Positions 1 through 9,193 of a DNA stretch of 64,000 nucleotides are shown one piece after another; position 1 is the first letter of the stretch, and the number at the start of each line of letters is the position of its first letter. The translations under genes were made by a program, and so were the position numbers. Location: positions 3,136,001-3,200,000 of the forward strand of contig OZ219754.1 of assembly GCA_964291295.2 (NCBI GenBank), read 5' to 3'. The notes beneath the pieces are model-generated. The model saw nothing but the letters and a program-made list of their open reading frames with translations. It did no database searches and was not told the DNA's origin. The DNA comes from an uncultured Candidatus Binatia bacterium. GTDB taxonomy: Bacteria; Desulfobacterota; Binatia; UBA9968; JAJDTQ01.

Positions 1-1
1 T

Positions 2-319
2 TCGAGACGGATTCCCTCCTTCCTCAAGAGCGTACTCACCCACCTCGTGAACCCCTACGCCTACATCTTCTGGGGAACGGTGGGCTTCGCCTTTGTCCGC
101 GAGGGGTTCGAGGCCCGGGGCCTCCGAGGGGCAATGTCCTTTCCCATGGGTTTCTGGCTCGGCGCCGCCGCCATGAACTTCCTGGTGGTCTGCCTCGTGA
201 GCCGCGGACGCCGCTACCTGCCCCCTCGACTGGAACCCTGCGTGCACGTACTCTCGGGAGTCCTGTTGCTGGGCGCCGGCATCTTCCTCGCCTGGTCCGT
301 CCTGGAGGATCATCTGTGA
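2..319 (+). CDS. LysE-family translocator, C-terminal part (5' end outside the window)
   Basis: Frame is open from base 2: SFLKSVLTHLVNPYAYIFW (LysE-type NP..FW motif) followed by hydrophobic helices. Confidence 0.65.
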   Translation, partial: SRRIPSFLKSVLTHLVNPYAYIFWGTVGFAFVREGFEARGLRGAMSFPMGFWLGAAAMNFLVVCLVSRGRRYLPPRLEPCVHVLSGVLLLGAGIFLAWSVLEDHL

Positions 320-1155
320 AGCCGTCCCGGACTCGCCTGCGCTCCGCCCGCTCCCAGGAGCTTGGCCTGCTCCCACAACTCGTCCATCTCCTCCAGGGAG
401 GCCTCGTCCGGACTCTTGCCGCGGGCCGAGAGCTCCCGCTCGATGTGGGCGAAGCGCTTCTGGAACCGCTCGATGGCGCCCGCCAGCGCCTCCTCGGACT
501 GCACCTTCAGGAACCGCCCGAGGTTGACCACCGAAAACAACAGGTCGCCAAGCTCCGCCTCCACCCGATGAGCCTCGCCGGTCCCGGCGGCCTCTCTCAG
601 CTCTCGCAATTCCTCCTCCACCTTGGCCCAGACCGGCCCCGGCTCCGGCCAGTCGAACCCCACGCCGGCGGCCTTGTCGCCGATGCGCTGGGCGCGCGCC
701 AGCGCCGGCATGGCGCGGGGCACCGAGGTGAACAGAGAATGACCCTGGGTTCTGCCTGACGGCTTCTCCAGCGCCTTCACCCTCTCCCAGTTCCGCAGCA
801 CCGCCCCCGCGTCGGTCGCCTGCCCGTCGCCGAAGACATGAGGATGCCGCCGCACCAGCTTGTCCCGCAGACCGGTCATCACCTCCTCGATGCCGAAGCG
901 GCCCTCCTCGCTGGCCATCCGGGCGTGGAACAGCACTTGCAGCAGCACGTCCCCCAGCTCCTCGCCGATGGCGTCGTCGTCGTCCTCGTCAATGGCTTCC
1001 AGGAGCTCGTAGGTCTCCTCCAGCGCATAGCGCTTGAGCGACGCGTGGGTCTGCTCGCGGTCCCACGGGCAGCCGTCCTCGCCGCGCAGGCGGGCCATGA
1101 CCCCGACCAGTTCCTCGAACAGCTCGCCGGCCTTCTTCCGCTTGCCGTCGTTCAC
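310..1155 (-). CDS. mazG: Nucleoside triphosphate pyrophosphohydrolase MazG
   Basis: GCPWDREQT, EETYE, EELGDVLLQV, KLVRRHPHVF, GFDW and ELGDLLF motifs; GTG start at 1155 overlaps the upstream stop (GTGA). Confidence 0.95.
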   Translation of the reverse strand: MNDGKRKKAGELFEELVGVMARLRGEDGCPWDREQTHASLKRYALEETYELLEAIDEDDDDAIGEELGDVLLQVLFHARMASEEGRFGIEEVMTGLRDKLVRRHPHVFGDGQATDAGAVLRNWERVKALEKPSGRTQGHSLFTSVPRAMPALARAQRIGDKAAGVGFDWPEPGPVWAKVEEELRELREAAGTGEAHRVEAELGDLLFSVVNLGRFLKVQSEEALAGAIERFQKRFAHIERELSARGKSPDEASLEEMDELWEQAKLLGAGGAQASPGRLHR

Positions 1156-1556
1156 GAGGGGTCCGTCGAATCCTGGCGGGGCGCCCCCACCCATCCGGTA
1201 TCGGAGACGTCGATCTCCTGCTGGTCCGGACCGGTGACCTTGACCTCGAAGTAGGACTGGGGATGAGACGGGTCCGTGGGAGCGACCCGCGCCAGATCCG
1301 TGAGTTGTCCGCCGCCCAGTTCCGCGACCCGCGCCACCGTCTCCTCGAGACTGTCCACCTGAAAGCCGAAATGGTCCACGCCCGCGGGCGATGTCGGTGT
1401 CTTCAGATTCAGGATCGCCATGTTGACATGCCCGTCGGAGAGATAGACGCCGTTCCGTCCCTTGCCGACCTCCCGGAGGTCGAACGCCTCCTTGTAGAAC
1501 GCCGCGGTCTTCGCCACGTCCCGGGTTCTTATCGCGATGTGCTTGAGTCGTGCCAT
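1152..1556 (-). CDS. VOC (glyoxalase/bleomycin-resistance) family protein
   Basis: LKHIAI..D...TAAFY and GVDHFGFQVD motifs; GGAGG RBS before ATG 1556. Confidence 0.85.
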   Translation of the reverse strand: MARLKHIAIRTRDVAKTAAFYKEAFDLREVGKGRNGVYLSDGHVNMAILNLKTPTSPAGVDHFGFQVDSLEETVARVAELGGGQLTDLARVAPTDPSHPQSYFEVKVTGPDQQEIDVSDTGWVGAPRQDSTDPS

Positions 1557-1695
1557 GTCACCCTCCCGCAAACAGCTTTGCCTTGTCCCACTCTATCGCA
1601 AAGCCGGCCCGGTTTCATTCCCGGTTTCATCCCGCATCCGGACCAGCCGGGGCCTTCCCTCACAAACGGCCGCACGAACGGCTAGACTCGGCCCC

Positions 1696-2925
1696 ATGAA
1701 CTTCGGACGCCAAGTCATCTCCCTGTCCCTGTTCTGGTTCACGTTCTTCGGCGCCCTGGGCCTCTTCTTCCCCTATTACAGCCTCTACCTCAAGGAGAAC
1801 GCCGGCCTGAGCGGAACCCAACTGGGCATGGTTCTCTCCGTCATGCCGCTGGTAGGCATCGTGGCGCAGCCCTTCTGGGGCCAGGTGGCCGACCGCACCG
1901 GTGCCCGGAGCCGTGTCGTCGCCTTCCTTTCGGTGATCGCGGCCGCCGGTTTCGTGCTGCTGGGGCTGGCGCAGGGGTTCGTGCCGATTCTCCTCGCAGC
2001 CATCTTCCTGGCGTTCTTCTCGACCCCGGTGATTCCCCTTTCGGTGTCCGTGGCGCTGGCGGCTTTCCGCCATTCCGGACCCCATGCCTACGGCTTCGCG
2101 CGGTCTTGGGGGACCGTGGGCTTTCTGGCCTCGGTGCTGGTCTTCCCGCTGGTGCTGGACCGGGTGCAGCGATGGCGCGGGCTCGACCCGATGCCGGGCG
2201 GCCCCTCCGAACCGGGACTGGGGATCATGTTCCTGGGCACCGCCGTGATCGTGCTGCTGTCGTCGGCCGCGGCCCTCGCCCTTCCCCGGGAGGGCCTGGC
2301 GTCGCTGCGCGCCGCCCGGAACGAGTGGCGCGCGCTGCTCCTCAGGGCGCCCATGCGCCGCATGCTGCTCCTCGCCTTCAGCGCCTACCTCTTCGTCACC
2401 GGCCCCATGGGCCTGCTGCCGGTCTACGTCCGCGCCCACGGCGGCACGCTGGAGACGGTGCAGACCATGTGGATCCTGATGCTCATCGTCGAGATTCCCC
2501 TCATCCTGTGCACCGGCATGGGCCTCCAGCGCATCGGCGCCCGGGGCCTGCTGGCGGCGGGCGTGCTGGCCGGCGGCGTCCGCTGGACGGTCTGCGGCCT
2601 CACCGCCAATCCCTACTGGATCTATCCGGTGCAGCTGCTCCACGGCGTGATGGTCACGGGTCTGATGATGGGCGGGCCGCTCTACGTGGACCGGGTGGCT
2701 CCCGGACGGCTGCGGTCCACCGCGCAGGGCCTGGTGGCCATGGTGGGCATGGGACTCGGCGGCATCGCCTCCAACACCGCCGCCGGCTGGATTCTGGACC
2801 ATGTCGGGGCCAACGCGCCGTACCTCATCGGCGGTGCCGGCGCGCTGGGGGTGGGGCTGGCGATTCGCTGGGTTCTCCCCGCGGTGGAGCGCGAGGACGA
2901 GACCCGGCAGGCGCCGCGCTGCTGA
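1696..2925 (+). CDS. MFS transporter (MFS_1-like, HcaT/nucleoside symporter-like)
   Basis: ~12 hydrophobic helices, WGQVADRTG and YGFARSWGTVGF motifs; TAGACT lies 7 nt before the ATG (leaderless). Confidence 0.85.
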   Translation: MNFGRQVISLSLFWFTFFGALGLFFPYYSLYLKENAGLSGTQLGMVLSVMPLVGIVAQPFWGQVADRTGARSRVVAFLSVIAAAGFVLLGLAQGFVPILLAAIFLAFFSTPVIPLSVSVALAAFRHSGPHAYGFARSWGTVGFLASVLVFPLVLDRVQRWRGLDPMPGGPSEPGLGIMFLGTAVIVLLSSAAALALPREGLASLRAARNEWRALLLRAPMRRMLLLAFSAYLFVTGPMGLLPVYVRAHGGTLETVQTMWILMLIVEIPLILCTGMGLQRIGARGLLAAGVLAGGVRWTVCGLTANPYWIYPVQLLHGVMVTGLMMGGPLYVDRVAPGRLRSTAQGLVAMVGMGLGGIASNTAAGWILDHVGANAPYLIGGAGALGVGLAIRWVLPAVEREDETRQAPRC

Positions 2926-2944
2926 CCGATACCGGGGTGCACGG

Positions 2945-3907
2945 TCAGTCCAGCTTCACCAGCTTCTGCAGGCTGCGCATCTCCCGAGGCGGTTCGAGCC
3001 GCCGGCCCCGGATCGTCCACGACACCTCGGCGACGTAGAGGTTGCGGTTCGAATCCAGACAGATGCCGTGGGGTGCGATGAACTGGCCCGGCCCCTCCCC
3101 CATCACCGGACCGCCGAAACGCGCCAGTTCGATGCCCCGGGCGTCGCGGACGACGATGCGGTGGCCGATGTTGGGATAGTTGCCGTTCTGGGAAGTCCCG
3201 GGACCCAGCTCGCCGATGTAACAGACGGCGTCCGCGCCGTCGTCCATGTTCTCCATGTACAGTGCGCACGGACGGTGCAGATTGTCGCACCACTGGGTCT
3301 CGAACCGGCCCTTGCCGTCGAACACCTGAATGCGGTGGTTCTCCCGGTCGGCCACGTAGACCCAGCCGTCCCGGTCGGTGCAGATGTTGTGGACCAGATT
3401 GAACTGGCCAGGATCGGTGCCCGGCTCGCCCCATGAAAAGAGCCGTTTTCCGTCCGGCGCATACTTGTGCACCCGCGAGTTGCCGTAGCCGTCCGACACG
3501 TAGATGTCGCCCTGCGGCGAGAACGCCACATGGGTGCAGCGGTTGAAGGGTTCCCCTTCCTGGAAGGCCGCGGGCTTGCCGGGCACCCCGAGGGTCATCA
3601 GCACCTTGCCGTCCAGGGTGCACTTGCGCACCGTGTGGTCACCGTCATCGGTGAGGAAAATCGTGTCGTCCGGCCCCATGGTGACGCCGTGCGGACGGGT
3701 GAACAACCCCTCGCCCCAGGTGCGCAGGAACCGCCCCTCCCGGTCGAACACGATGACCGGATGGTCGCCCCGGGTGAAGCAGTAGACATCGTCGTCTCCG
3801 CTCACCCCCACGCCGGCCACCTCCCGGAACGTCATGCCGTCGGGCAGTTGCGCCCAGTCTTCCCTGACCTCGTAACGGAACGCGCCGCTTCCCAGTATCG
3901 TGCCCAT
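2945..3907 (-). CDS. NHL-repeat beta-propeller protein (peptidyl-alpha-hydroxyglycine alpha-amidating lyase-like)
   Basis: Repeated NHL motifs: FTRPHG, IYVSDGYGNSRVHKY, VYVADRENHRIQVFD, FIAPHGI; AAAGGAG RBS. Confidence 0.88.
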   Translation of the reverse strand: MGTILGSGAFRYEVREDWAQLPDGMTFREVAGVGVSGDDDVYCFTRGDHPVIVFDREGRFLRTWGEGLFTRPHGVTMGPDDTIFLTDDGDHTVRKCTLDGKVLMTLGVPGKPAAFQEGEPFNRCTHVAFSPQGDIYVSDGYGNSRVHKYAPDGKRLFSWGEPGTDPGQFNLVHNICTDRDGWVYVADRENHRIQVFDGKGRFETQWCDNLHRPCALYMENMDDGADAVCYIGELGPGTSQNGNYPNIGHRIVVRDARGIELARFGGPVMGEGPGQFIAPHGICLDSNRNLYVAEVSWTIRGRRLEPPREMRSLQKLVKLD

Positions 3908-4228
3908 GTCGCTCCTTTCGTCCGCCGCACGGACTGATCCGGCCGGTTCGATGTCGTCCGATGGCGTGGCGTCCGCCCGGCGAGCCGCCGCTACGCCTGC
4001 TCCCAGGAGCATGATCCAGCAATTGCCCCGTGGTTGCAATCCGCCGCCGAAACCGCGTCGGACACCCCGCAGCCTGCGGGCTCTGCCCGGGTCCGCCCGC
4101 ACGGTCCTCGTCCGATACGAAGCGATCCAGCGGCGGCGGGCGCAACCGGCGGTGCCGCCGCGGCGGCGGAGCCGAACCCCTCGCTCCGGTGGACGGACGG
4201 CGAACCACCGGACCGGCATCCGGCCCGG

Positions 4229-4257
4229 TTGAACAATCATACCCGGGTGTCTAAGCT
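4229..4257 (+). promoter_or_regulatory. Sigma70-type promoter for a leaderless mRNA
   Basis: TTGAAC(4229-34), 17 nt, TAAGCT(4252-57), 6 nt, ATG 4264; no Shine-Dalgarno sequence. Confidence 0.6.
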
Positions 4258-4263
4258 CCTGCG

Positions 4264-5994
4264 ATGGCCGTTCGGCTGGAAACGGATGTGCTGGTCATCG
4301 GCGGCGGCATGGCCGGGGCCTTCGCCGCCTGGCGGGCGCGGGAGGCCGGAGCACGGGTGCTGCTGGTGGACCGTTCCTGCTTCGGACGCAGCGGCTGCAG
4401 CGCCCTGGCTTCGGGGGTCTACCCGGCCTTCATGCCGGGCGACGACCGGGACGCGTGGATGCGGGCCTTCGGCGGGCCGCTGGTGAACCAGCCGCTGGTG
4501 GCCCGGTCGCTGCCGGTGATGCACGAGCACGTGATGCTCATGGACCGCTGGGGCGTCAAGTGGGTCAAGGAGGGGCGCCGGATCGTCCGCATGGGCGCCC
4601 CCGGGCGTTCCTTCGCCAACGGGGTGTGGATGGCCGAAGGCGGCCCGCAGATGATGATGGCGGTGCGCTCGGGCGTCGTCGGACACGGCGTCGAGGTGCT
4701 GAACCGGGTGGCCCTCACCGAACTGCTGACCTCCGACGGCGAACTCCCCACGGGTGGGCGTGTGGTGGGCGCCTGCGGCTTCCACACCCGCACCGGCGAG
4801 GTGCACGCCATCGTCGCCAACGCCACCGTGGTCTGCACCGGCCCCTACAAGTTTCCCTATCCCTGGCCCGGAAGCACGCTGGGCTACATGCCCATCGACC
4901 TTTCCGGCGACGGCATCGCCATGATGATGCGCGCCGGCGCGGAGCTGTCGCGGCTGGAACTGGGCGGCATCAACCTGAATCCCGACAACGCCCTGTCCGC
5001 GCCCGGGCTGGAATCGCTGATGCCCTCCGGGGCCCGGTGGGTGGACAAGGACGGCCGGCGCTTCCTGGAGGACTACGACCCCGGGCGCATGGAAATGACC
5101 AACCGGGCGCTGCTCTACTTCGCCGTGGCGCACCAGAAAGAACAGGGGCGGGTGCCCTCCATGGACCTGCGGGAGGTGGCACCGGAGCGGATGCAACTCA
5201 TCCGGCGGGTGATCCCCATTGTCGTGGGCAACCAGGAGGCGCTGGTGGGCGACCTCACCGAGTCGCCGGTGCCCTACACCTACCAGGTGGCGGGCACCAG
5301 CGGCATCTTCGGGGCCGGCGCGCGGGTCAACGAACGCGGCGAGACCACCGTACCGGGGCTCTACGCCGCCGGCACCTGCACCGACATGAACTATCTCCCG
5401 GGCGGCAATCTGCCCTTCTGCTCCGTGACCGGCGACTGGACCGGCCGCGCCGCCGGGACAGCCGCCCGGCGGACGGGGCGCCCGCAACCGCCGGCGGAAC
5501 AGGTTGAGCGAGTGGCCGCGGAGATCCTCGAACCGCTCCGGCGCCGGGACGGCACCGGGTTCGCGCCGGTCCACCGGCGCCTCGGCGAACTCCTGATGGA
5601 GAAGGTCGGGCTCGTGCTCCACGCCGACCGCCTCGACGCGGCCCTCGCCGAAATCCGCACCATCCGGGAGCAGGACGTGCCCCGGCTCACGGCGCCGGAC
5701 CCTCACGAGCTGGCCAAGGTATGGGGACTGGCCCAGTACATGCAGGTGCTGGAAGCCACGCTGCGCGCCTACCGCCACCGGACCGAGAGCCGGGTGGCGT
5801 TCATCCGCGAGGACTACCCCGTCATCGACAATGTCAACTGGGTCAGGATGGTGGTGGTCCGGCAGGAGAACGGCGCCCTCCGGCTGTGGGACGAGCCCGT
5901 GCCGGAGTCCTGGCACGACCCCCACCCGGTGCGTCCGACGCAGAACCGGCATCTCGTGTTCCGCAGCCAGGAGTCCCGCCATGCCGCTCGTTGA
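4264..5994 (+). CDS. FAD-dependent oxidoreductase of the SdhA/FrdA/AprA flavoprotein superfamily (AprA-like)
   Basis: DVLVIGGGMAG Rossmann motif, GRSGCS, SGDGIAM, TTVPGLYAAG, RTESR..FIREDYP. Confidence 0.85.
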   Translation: MAVRLETDVLVIGGGMAGAFAAWRAREAGARVLLVDRSCFGRSGCSALASGVYPAFMPGDDRDAWMRAFGGPLVNQPLVARSLPVMHEHVMLMDRWGVKWVKEGRRIVRMGAPGRSFANGVWMAEGGPQMMMAVRSGVVGHGVEVLNRVALTELLTSDGELPTGGRVVGACGFHTRTGEVHAIVANATVVCTGPYKFPYPWPGSTLGYMPIDLSGDGIAMMMRAGAELSRLELGGINLNPDNALSAPGLESLMPSGARWVDKDGRRFLEDYDPGRMEMTNRALLYFAVAHQKEQGRVPSMDLREVAPERMQLIRRVIPIVVGNQEALVGDLTESPVPYTYQVAGTSGIFGAGARVNERGETTVPGLYAAGTCTDMNYLPGGNLPFCSVTGDWTGRAAGTAARRTGRPQPPAEQVERVAAEILEPLRRRDGTGFAPVHRRLGELLMEKVGLVLHADRLDAALAEIRTIREQDVPRLTAPDPHELAKVWGLAQYMQVLEATLRAYRHRTESRVAFIREDYPVIDNVNWVRMVVVRQENGALRLWDEPVPESWHDPHPVRPTQNRHLVFRSQESRHAAR

Positions 5995-6199
5995 GGTGAA
6001 CGCCCAAGCGTGCACCGGTTGCGGCGTCTGCGTCGAGACCTGCCCCACCGACGTGCTGCGGCTCGACGGCCGCCGCAAGGCGGTGACGGCCTATCCCGCG
6101 GACTGCCAGGGATGCTTCGTGTGCCAGTGGGACTGCGCCTACGGGGCCATCCGCGTGCGCGTCAACCCCCTGGACCCATCCACGGCAGGCTCTGCCTGA
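5981..6199 (+). CDS. 2x[4Fe-4S] ferredoxin (AprB-like)
   Basis: CTGCGVCVETCP and CQGCFVCQWDC motifs; AGGAG RBS; overlaps the end of the flavoprotein gene. Confidence 0.88.
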   Translation: MPLVEVNAQACTGCGVCVETCPTDVLRLDGRRKAVTAYPADCQGCFVCQWDCAYGAIRVRVNPLDPSTAGSA

Positions 6200-7778
6200 G
6201 CACCCGCTTGTCCACCTTGTCGCCCGAGGCGACCCTGGGCAATGCCTCCACCCGCTCCAGCCGATCGGGGCGCTTGAAAAGGGCCAGACCCTGGTCGCGC
6301 AGAAACGCCCAAACCTCCTCCAGGGTCAACGAGGCGCCGCGCTCCAGGACCACGCAGGCGGCGATGCGCTCGCCCATCTCCGGATCGGCGCAACCCACCA
6401 CCGCGGCCTCGCGCACCTTGGCGTGACGCACCAGCAGATTCTCGATGTCCGCCGGAAAGACATTCTGTCCGCCGCGAATGATGAGATCCTGGTCCCGGCC
6501 CATGAGATGGATGTGGCCGCCCTCGTCCATGCGGCCCCACTCCTGCAAGTCCAGGAACCCGTCGGCGCGCCGGCGCGCGTCAAGGTCCGGATTGTTGAAG
6601 AAGCGTGCGTCCGAGGGCAGTCCCCGGACCCACAGACGGCCGGTCTCGCCCCGGGGCACCTCCTGGCCGCCGGCGTCCATGATCCGCATCTCGTTGCCCT
6701 CCAGGGGCCGTCCCACCGAGCCGATGCGGACCTCCGGCGGGTCGTCCCAGGACGTGGCGCACAGGCCGCCGCAGTCCACGCTGCCGTAGCCCTGCATGAT
6801 GCGGCAACCCAGCCGCGCCTCGGCGGCGCGACCCACCTCCCCGGGCAGGGGCGAGCCGTGGCTGACGATGATGCGCAGGGAACCCAGGTCGAAGTCGTCC
6901 AGCCCCGTCAGGGCCAGCAACCGGGAGATCATGGTGGGGACCATGGGGAGCACGTTCACCCGCTCCCGGGCCACCGCCGCGCAAGTGTCGCGCGGGTCGA
7001 AGCGGTCCAGCAGCACGACCCGCGCTCCGGCCTGGCAGACGCCGTTGTACACCAAGCCGTCCGCCACTCCCGAAATGATGGCGGTGACCGCGGCCAGGGT
7101 ATCGTCAGCGCCCACGCGGAACCGCCGGAGGTGGAACCAGGCGGTGAGAAGGCGCGTGTAGAGGGGCACGGCCGCACACTTGGGGGTGCCCGTGGAGCCG
7201 CTGGTGGTGGCGAGCTGACAGATATCCTCGATGCCGTAGCGGGTGGCCGACAGGCGCTGCCGCCGTCCTGCGGACACCTTCGCCGCAAGCATCTCTTCAA
7301 GGGAAAGACAGCCGGCCGGAACCTCGTTCCAGGCCGCCAGCACATGGCGCAACTCCGGCACACGGACCTGCTCCAGCAGTTCGACGTGCCTGAACCCGCG
7401 ATAGGCCGCGGGAACAATGGCGGCCTCGGGACGGGTGAAGCGCAGGACAGGCTCCAGCTCCGCGCGCCGGAAGCCGGGAGCGACCGTCACCAGCCGGAGT
7501 CCCGCCTTCTCGCACGCAAGCCGGGCGAGAAAAAGCTCCGCGGAGTTGGGCATCTGGATGAGGACAGGGCTGTCGCGCTCCAGGCCCAGATCCAGCAGTC
7601 CCAGAGCCAGAGCGTCGGAAAGCTCCGCGACCTGCTCCCAGGACAAGCGCCGTCGCGTGTCCACCAGCGCCTCCTTCGAACCCGCGCGGCGCGCGTTGTC
7701 GTCGCAGAAGTCCGCCGCGGTCTTGAGCGGCATGTAGCGGGAGATGGCGTCCCGCAACGCCGTGCGTGGGTCCGACAT
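6162..7778 (-). CDS. AMP-binding acyl/aryl-CoA ligase
   Basis: TTSGSTGTPK (A3), QGYGSVD, GRDQDLIIRGGQNVFP and LPRVASGDKVDK motifs. Confidence 0.88.
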   Translation of the reverse strand: MSDPRTALRDAISRYMPLKTAADFCDDNARRAGSKEALVDTRRRLSWEQVAELSDALALGLLDLGLERDSPVLIQMPNSAELFLARLACEKAGLRLVTVAPGFRRAELEPVLRFTRPEAAIVPAAYRGFRHVELLEQVRVPELRHVLAAWNEVPAGCLSLEEMLAAKVSAGRRQRLSATRYGIEDICQLATTSGSTGTPKCAAVPLYTRLLTAWFHLRRFRVGADDTLAAVTAIISGVADGLVYNGVCQAGARVVLLDRFDPRDTCAAVARERVNVLPMVPTMISRLLALTGLDDFDLGSLRIIVSHGSPLPGEVGRAAEARLGCRIMQGYGSVDCGGLCATSWDDPPEVRIGSVGRPLEGNEMRIMDAGGQEVPRGETGRLWVRGLPSDARFFNNPDLDARRRADGFLDLQEWGRMDEGGHIHLMGRDQDLIIRGGQNVFPADIENLLVRHAKVREAAVVGCADPEMGERIAACVVLERGASLTLEEVWAFLRDQGLALFKRPDRLERVEALPRVASGDKVDKRVLRQSLPWMGPGG

Positions 7779-8058
7779 GGAAGTCTCCGGCCGCGCGGCG
7801 CCAGAGCCGCCAGCCATCTCGCAGGGTCTTTGTACTGCACCCGCCGGACGCGCATCAACGGCCGGAAATGGACCGGCCGACTGTTTCGTAGTAGATTCCC
7901 GCCAGACCGGCCCCCGAGGAGAGCAGGGCGGTGCTGGACAAGGCCCACAACGCGGGTGGGGCAACTGGCGGGGACCTTCCCGGCGAGTGGTTCCCGGCGC
8001 ACCTCGCGGCCCGGTCCGCCAAGGCCTGGGCGCCGGTGCCACATCGGGAAGCCGTACC

Positions 8059-9150
8059 ATGACCGACACCGAACTCGCCGGGCTGGCCCGACGCATCAGG
8101 ACGTGGGGCCGCGAACTGGGGTTCCAGCAGGTGGGCATCACCGGCGTGGACCTGACCGAGGACGAGGCGTTGCTGGAACGCTGGCTGGCCGAGGGACGTC
8201 ACGGCGAGATGGCGTACATGGAACGGCACGGCTCCCGGCGCACGCGCCCGGCGGAACTGGTGCCGGGCACGGCCCGGGTGATATCCGCCCGCATGGATTA
8301 CCTCCCCGAGAGCGGCGCGGACCCGTGGCGGGTGCTCGGCGAGCCGCGCCTCGGCTACGTCTCCCGCCATGCGCTTGGCCGCGACTACCACCGGCTGCTG
8401 CGCAAGCGGCTGCAGGCGCTGGCGGACCGGATCGCCGCGGCCGCCGGCCCCTTCGGCTACCGGGTGTTCACCGACAGCGCGCCGGTGCTGGAGAAGCCGC
8501 TGGCGCGCAATGCCGGGCTGGGCTGGATCGGCAAGCACACCAATCTCATCAACACCCGCGCCGGCTCGTGGTTCTTCCTGGGCGAGATCTATACCGACCT
8601 GGCGCTGCCCACGGACGCTGCCGCCAAGGACCGCTGCGGCACCTGCCGCGCGTGCATCGACGTCTGCCCCACCGGCGCCATCACCGGGCCGTACCGGCTG
8701 GATGCCCGCCGGTGCATCTCCTACCTCACCATCGAGCTTCGCGGCTCCATTCCGGTGGAACTGCGGCCCCTGGTGGGGAACCGCATCTACGGCTGCGACG
8801 ACTGTCAGCTCGTCTGCCCCTGGAACCGTTACGCCCGCTTCACGGGCGAGGCCGGCTTCCGGCCCCGAAACGGGCTGGACGCGCCCGCGTTGCTGGAACT
8901 CCTTCGCTGGAGCGAGGCGGACTTCCTGCACTTCATGAACGGCAGCGCGACCCGCCGGATCGGCTGGGTCTGCTGGCTCCGCAACGTCGCCGTAGCCTTG
9001 GGCAACGCGCCCTACGATCCCCTCATCGTACAGGGACTGCGGCAACGATGCGCGCATCCGTCGCCGCTGGTGCGGGAGCACGTGGCCTGGGCCCTGGAAC
9101 AGCAGCATCGCAAGCGCCCCGGACCGCGGGCGGCCGCCGGAACGCCTTGA
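8059..9150 (+). CDS. queG: tRNA epoxyqueuosine(34) reductase QueG
   Basis: GRDYH, FTDSAPVLEK, GWIGKH, CGTCRACIDVCPTGA, RCISYLTIE, YGCDDCQLVCPWN. Confidence 0.95.
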   Translation: MTDTELAGLARRIRTWGRELGFQQVGITGVDLTEDEALLERWLAEGRHGEMAYMERHGSRRTRPAELVPGTARVISARMDYLPESGADPWRVLGEPRLGYVSRHALGRDYHRLLRKRLQALADRIAAAAGPFGYRVFTDSAPVLEKPLARNAGLGWIGKHTNLINTRAGSWFFLGEIYTDLALPTDAAAKDRCGTCRACIDVCPTGAITGPYRLDARRCISYLTIELRGSIPVELRPLVGNRIYGCDDCQLVCPWNRYARFTGEAGFRPRNGLDAPALLELLRWSEADFLHFMNGSATRRIGWVCWLRNVAVALGNAPYDPLIVQGLRQRCAHPSPLVREHVAWALEQQHRKRPGPRAAAGTP

Positions 9151-9193
9151 CGCCCCGCCAGGAATCTCGCCAACGGTTCAGGCCCGACCTCAT

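Noticed and set aside
4264-6199. Calling the pair aprAB or sdhAB
   Set aside because: No sulfur-metabolism or membrane-anchor genes nearby and diagnostic residues not recognised; left as AprAB-like
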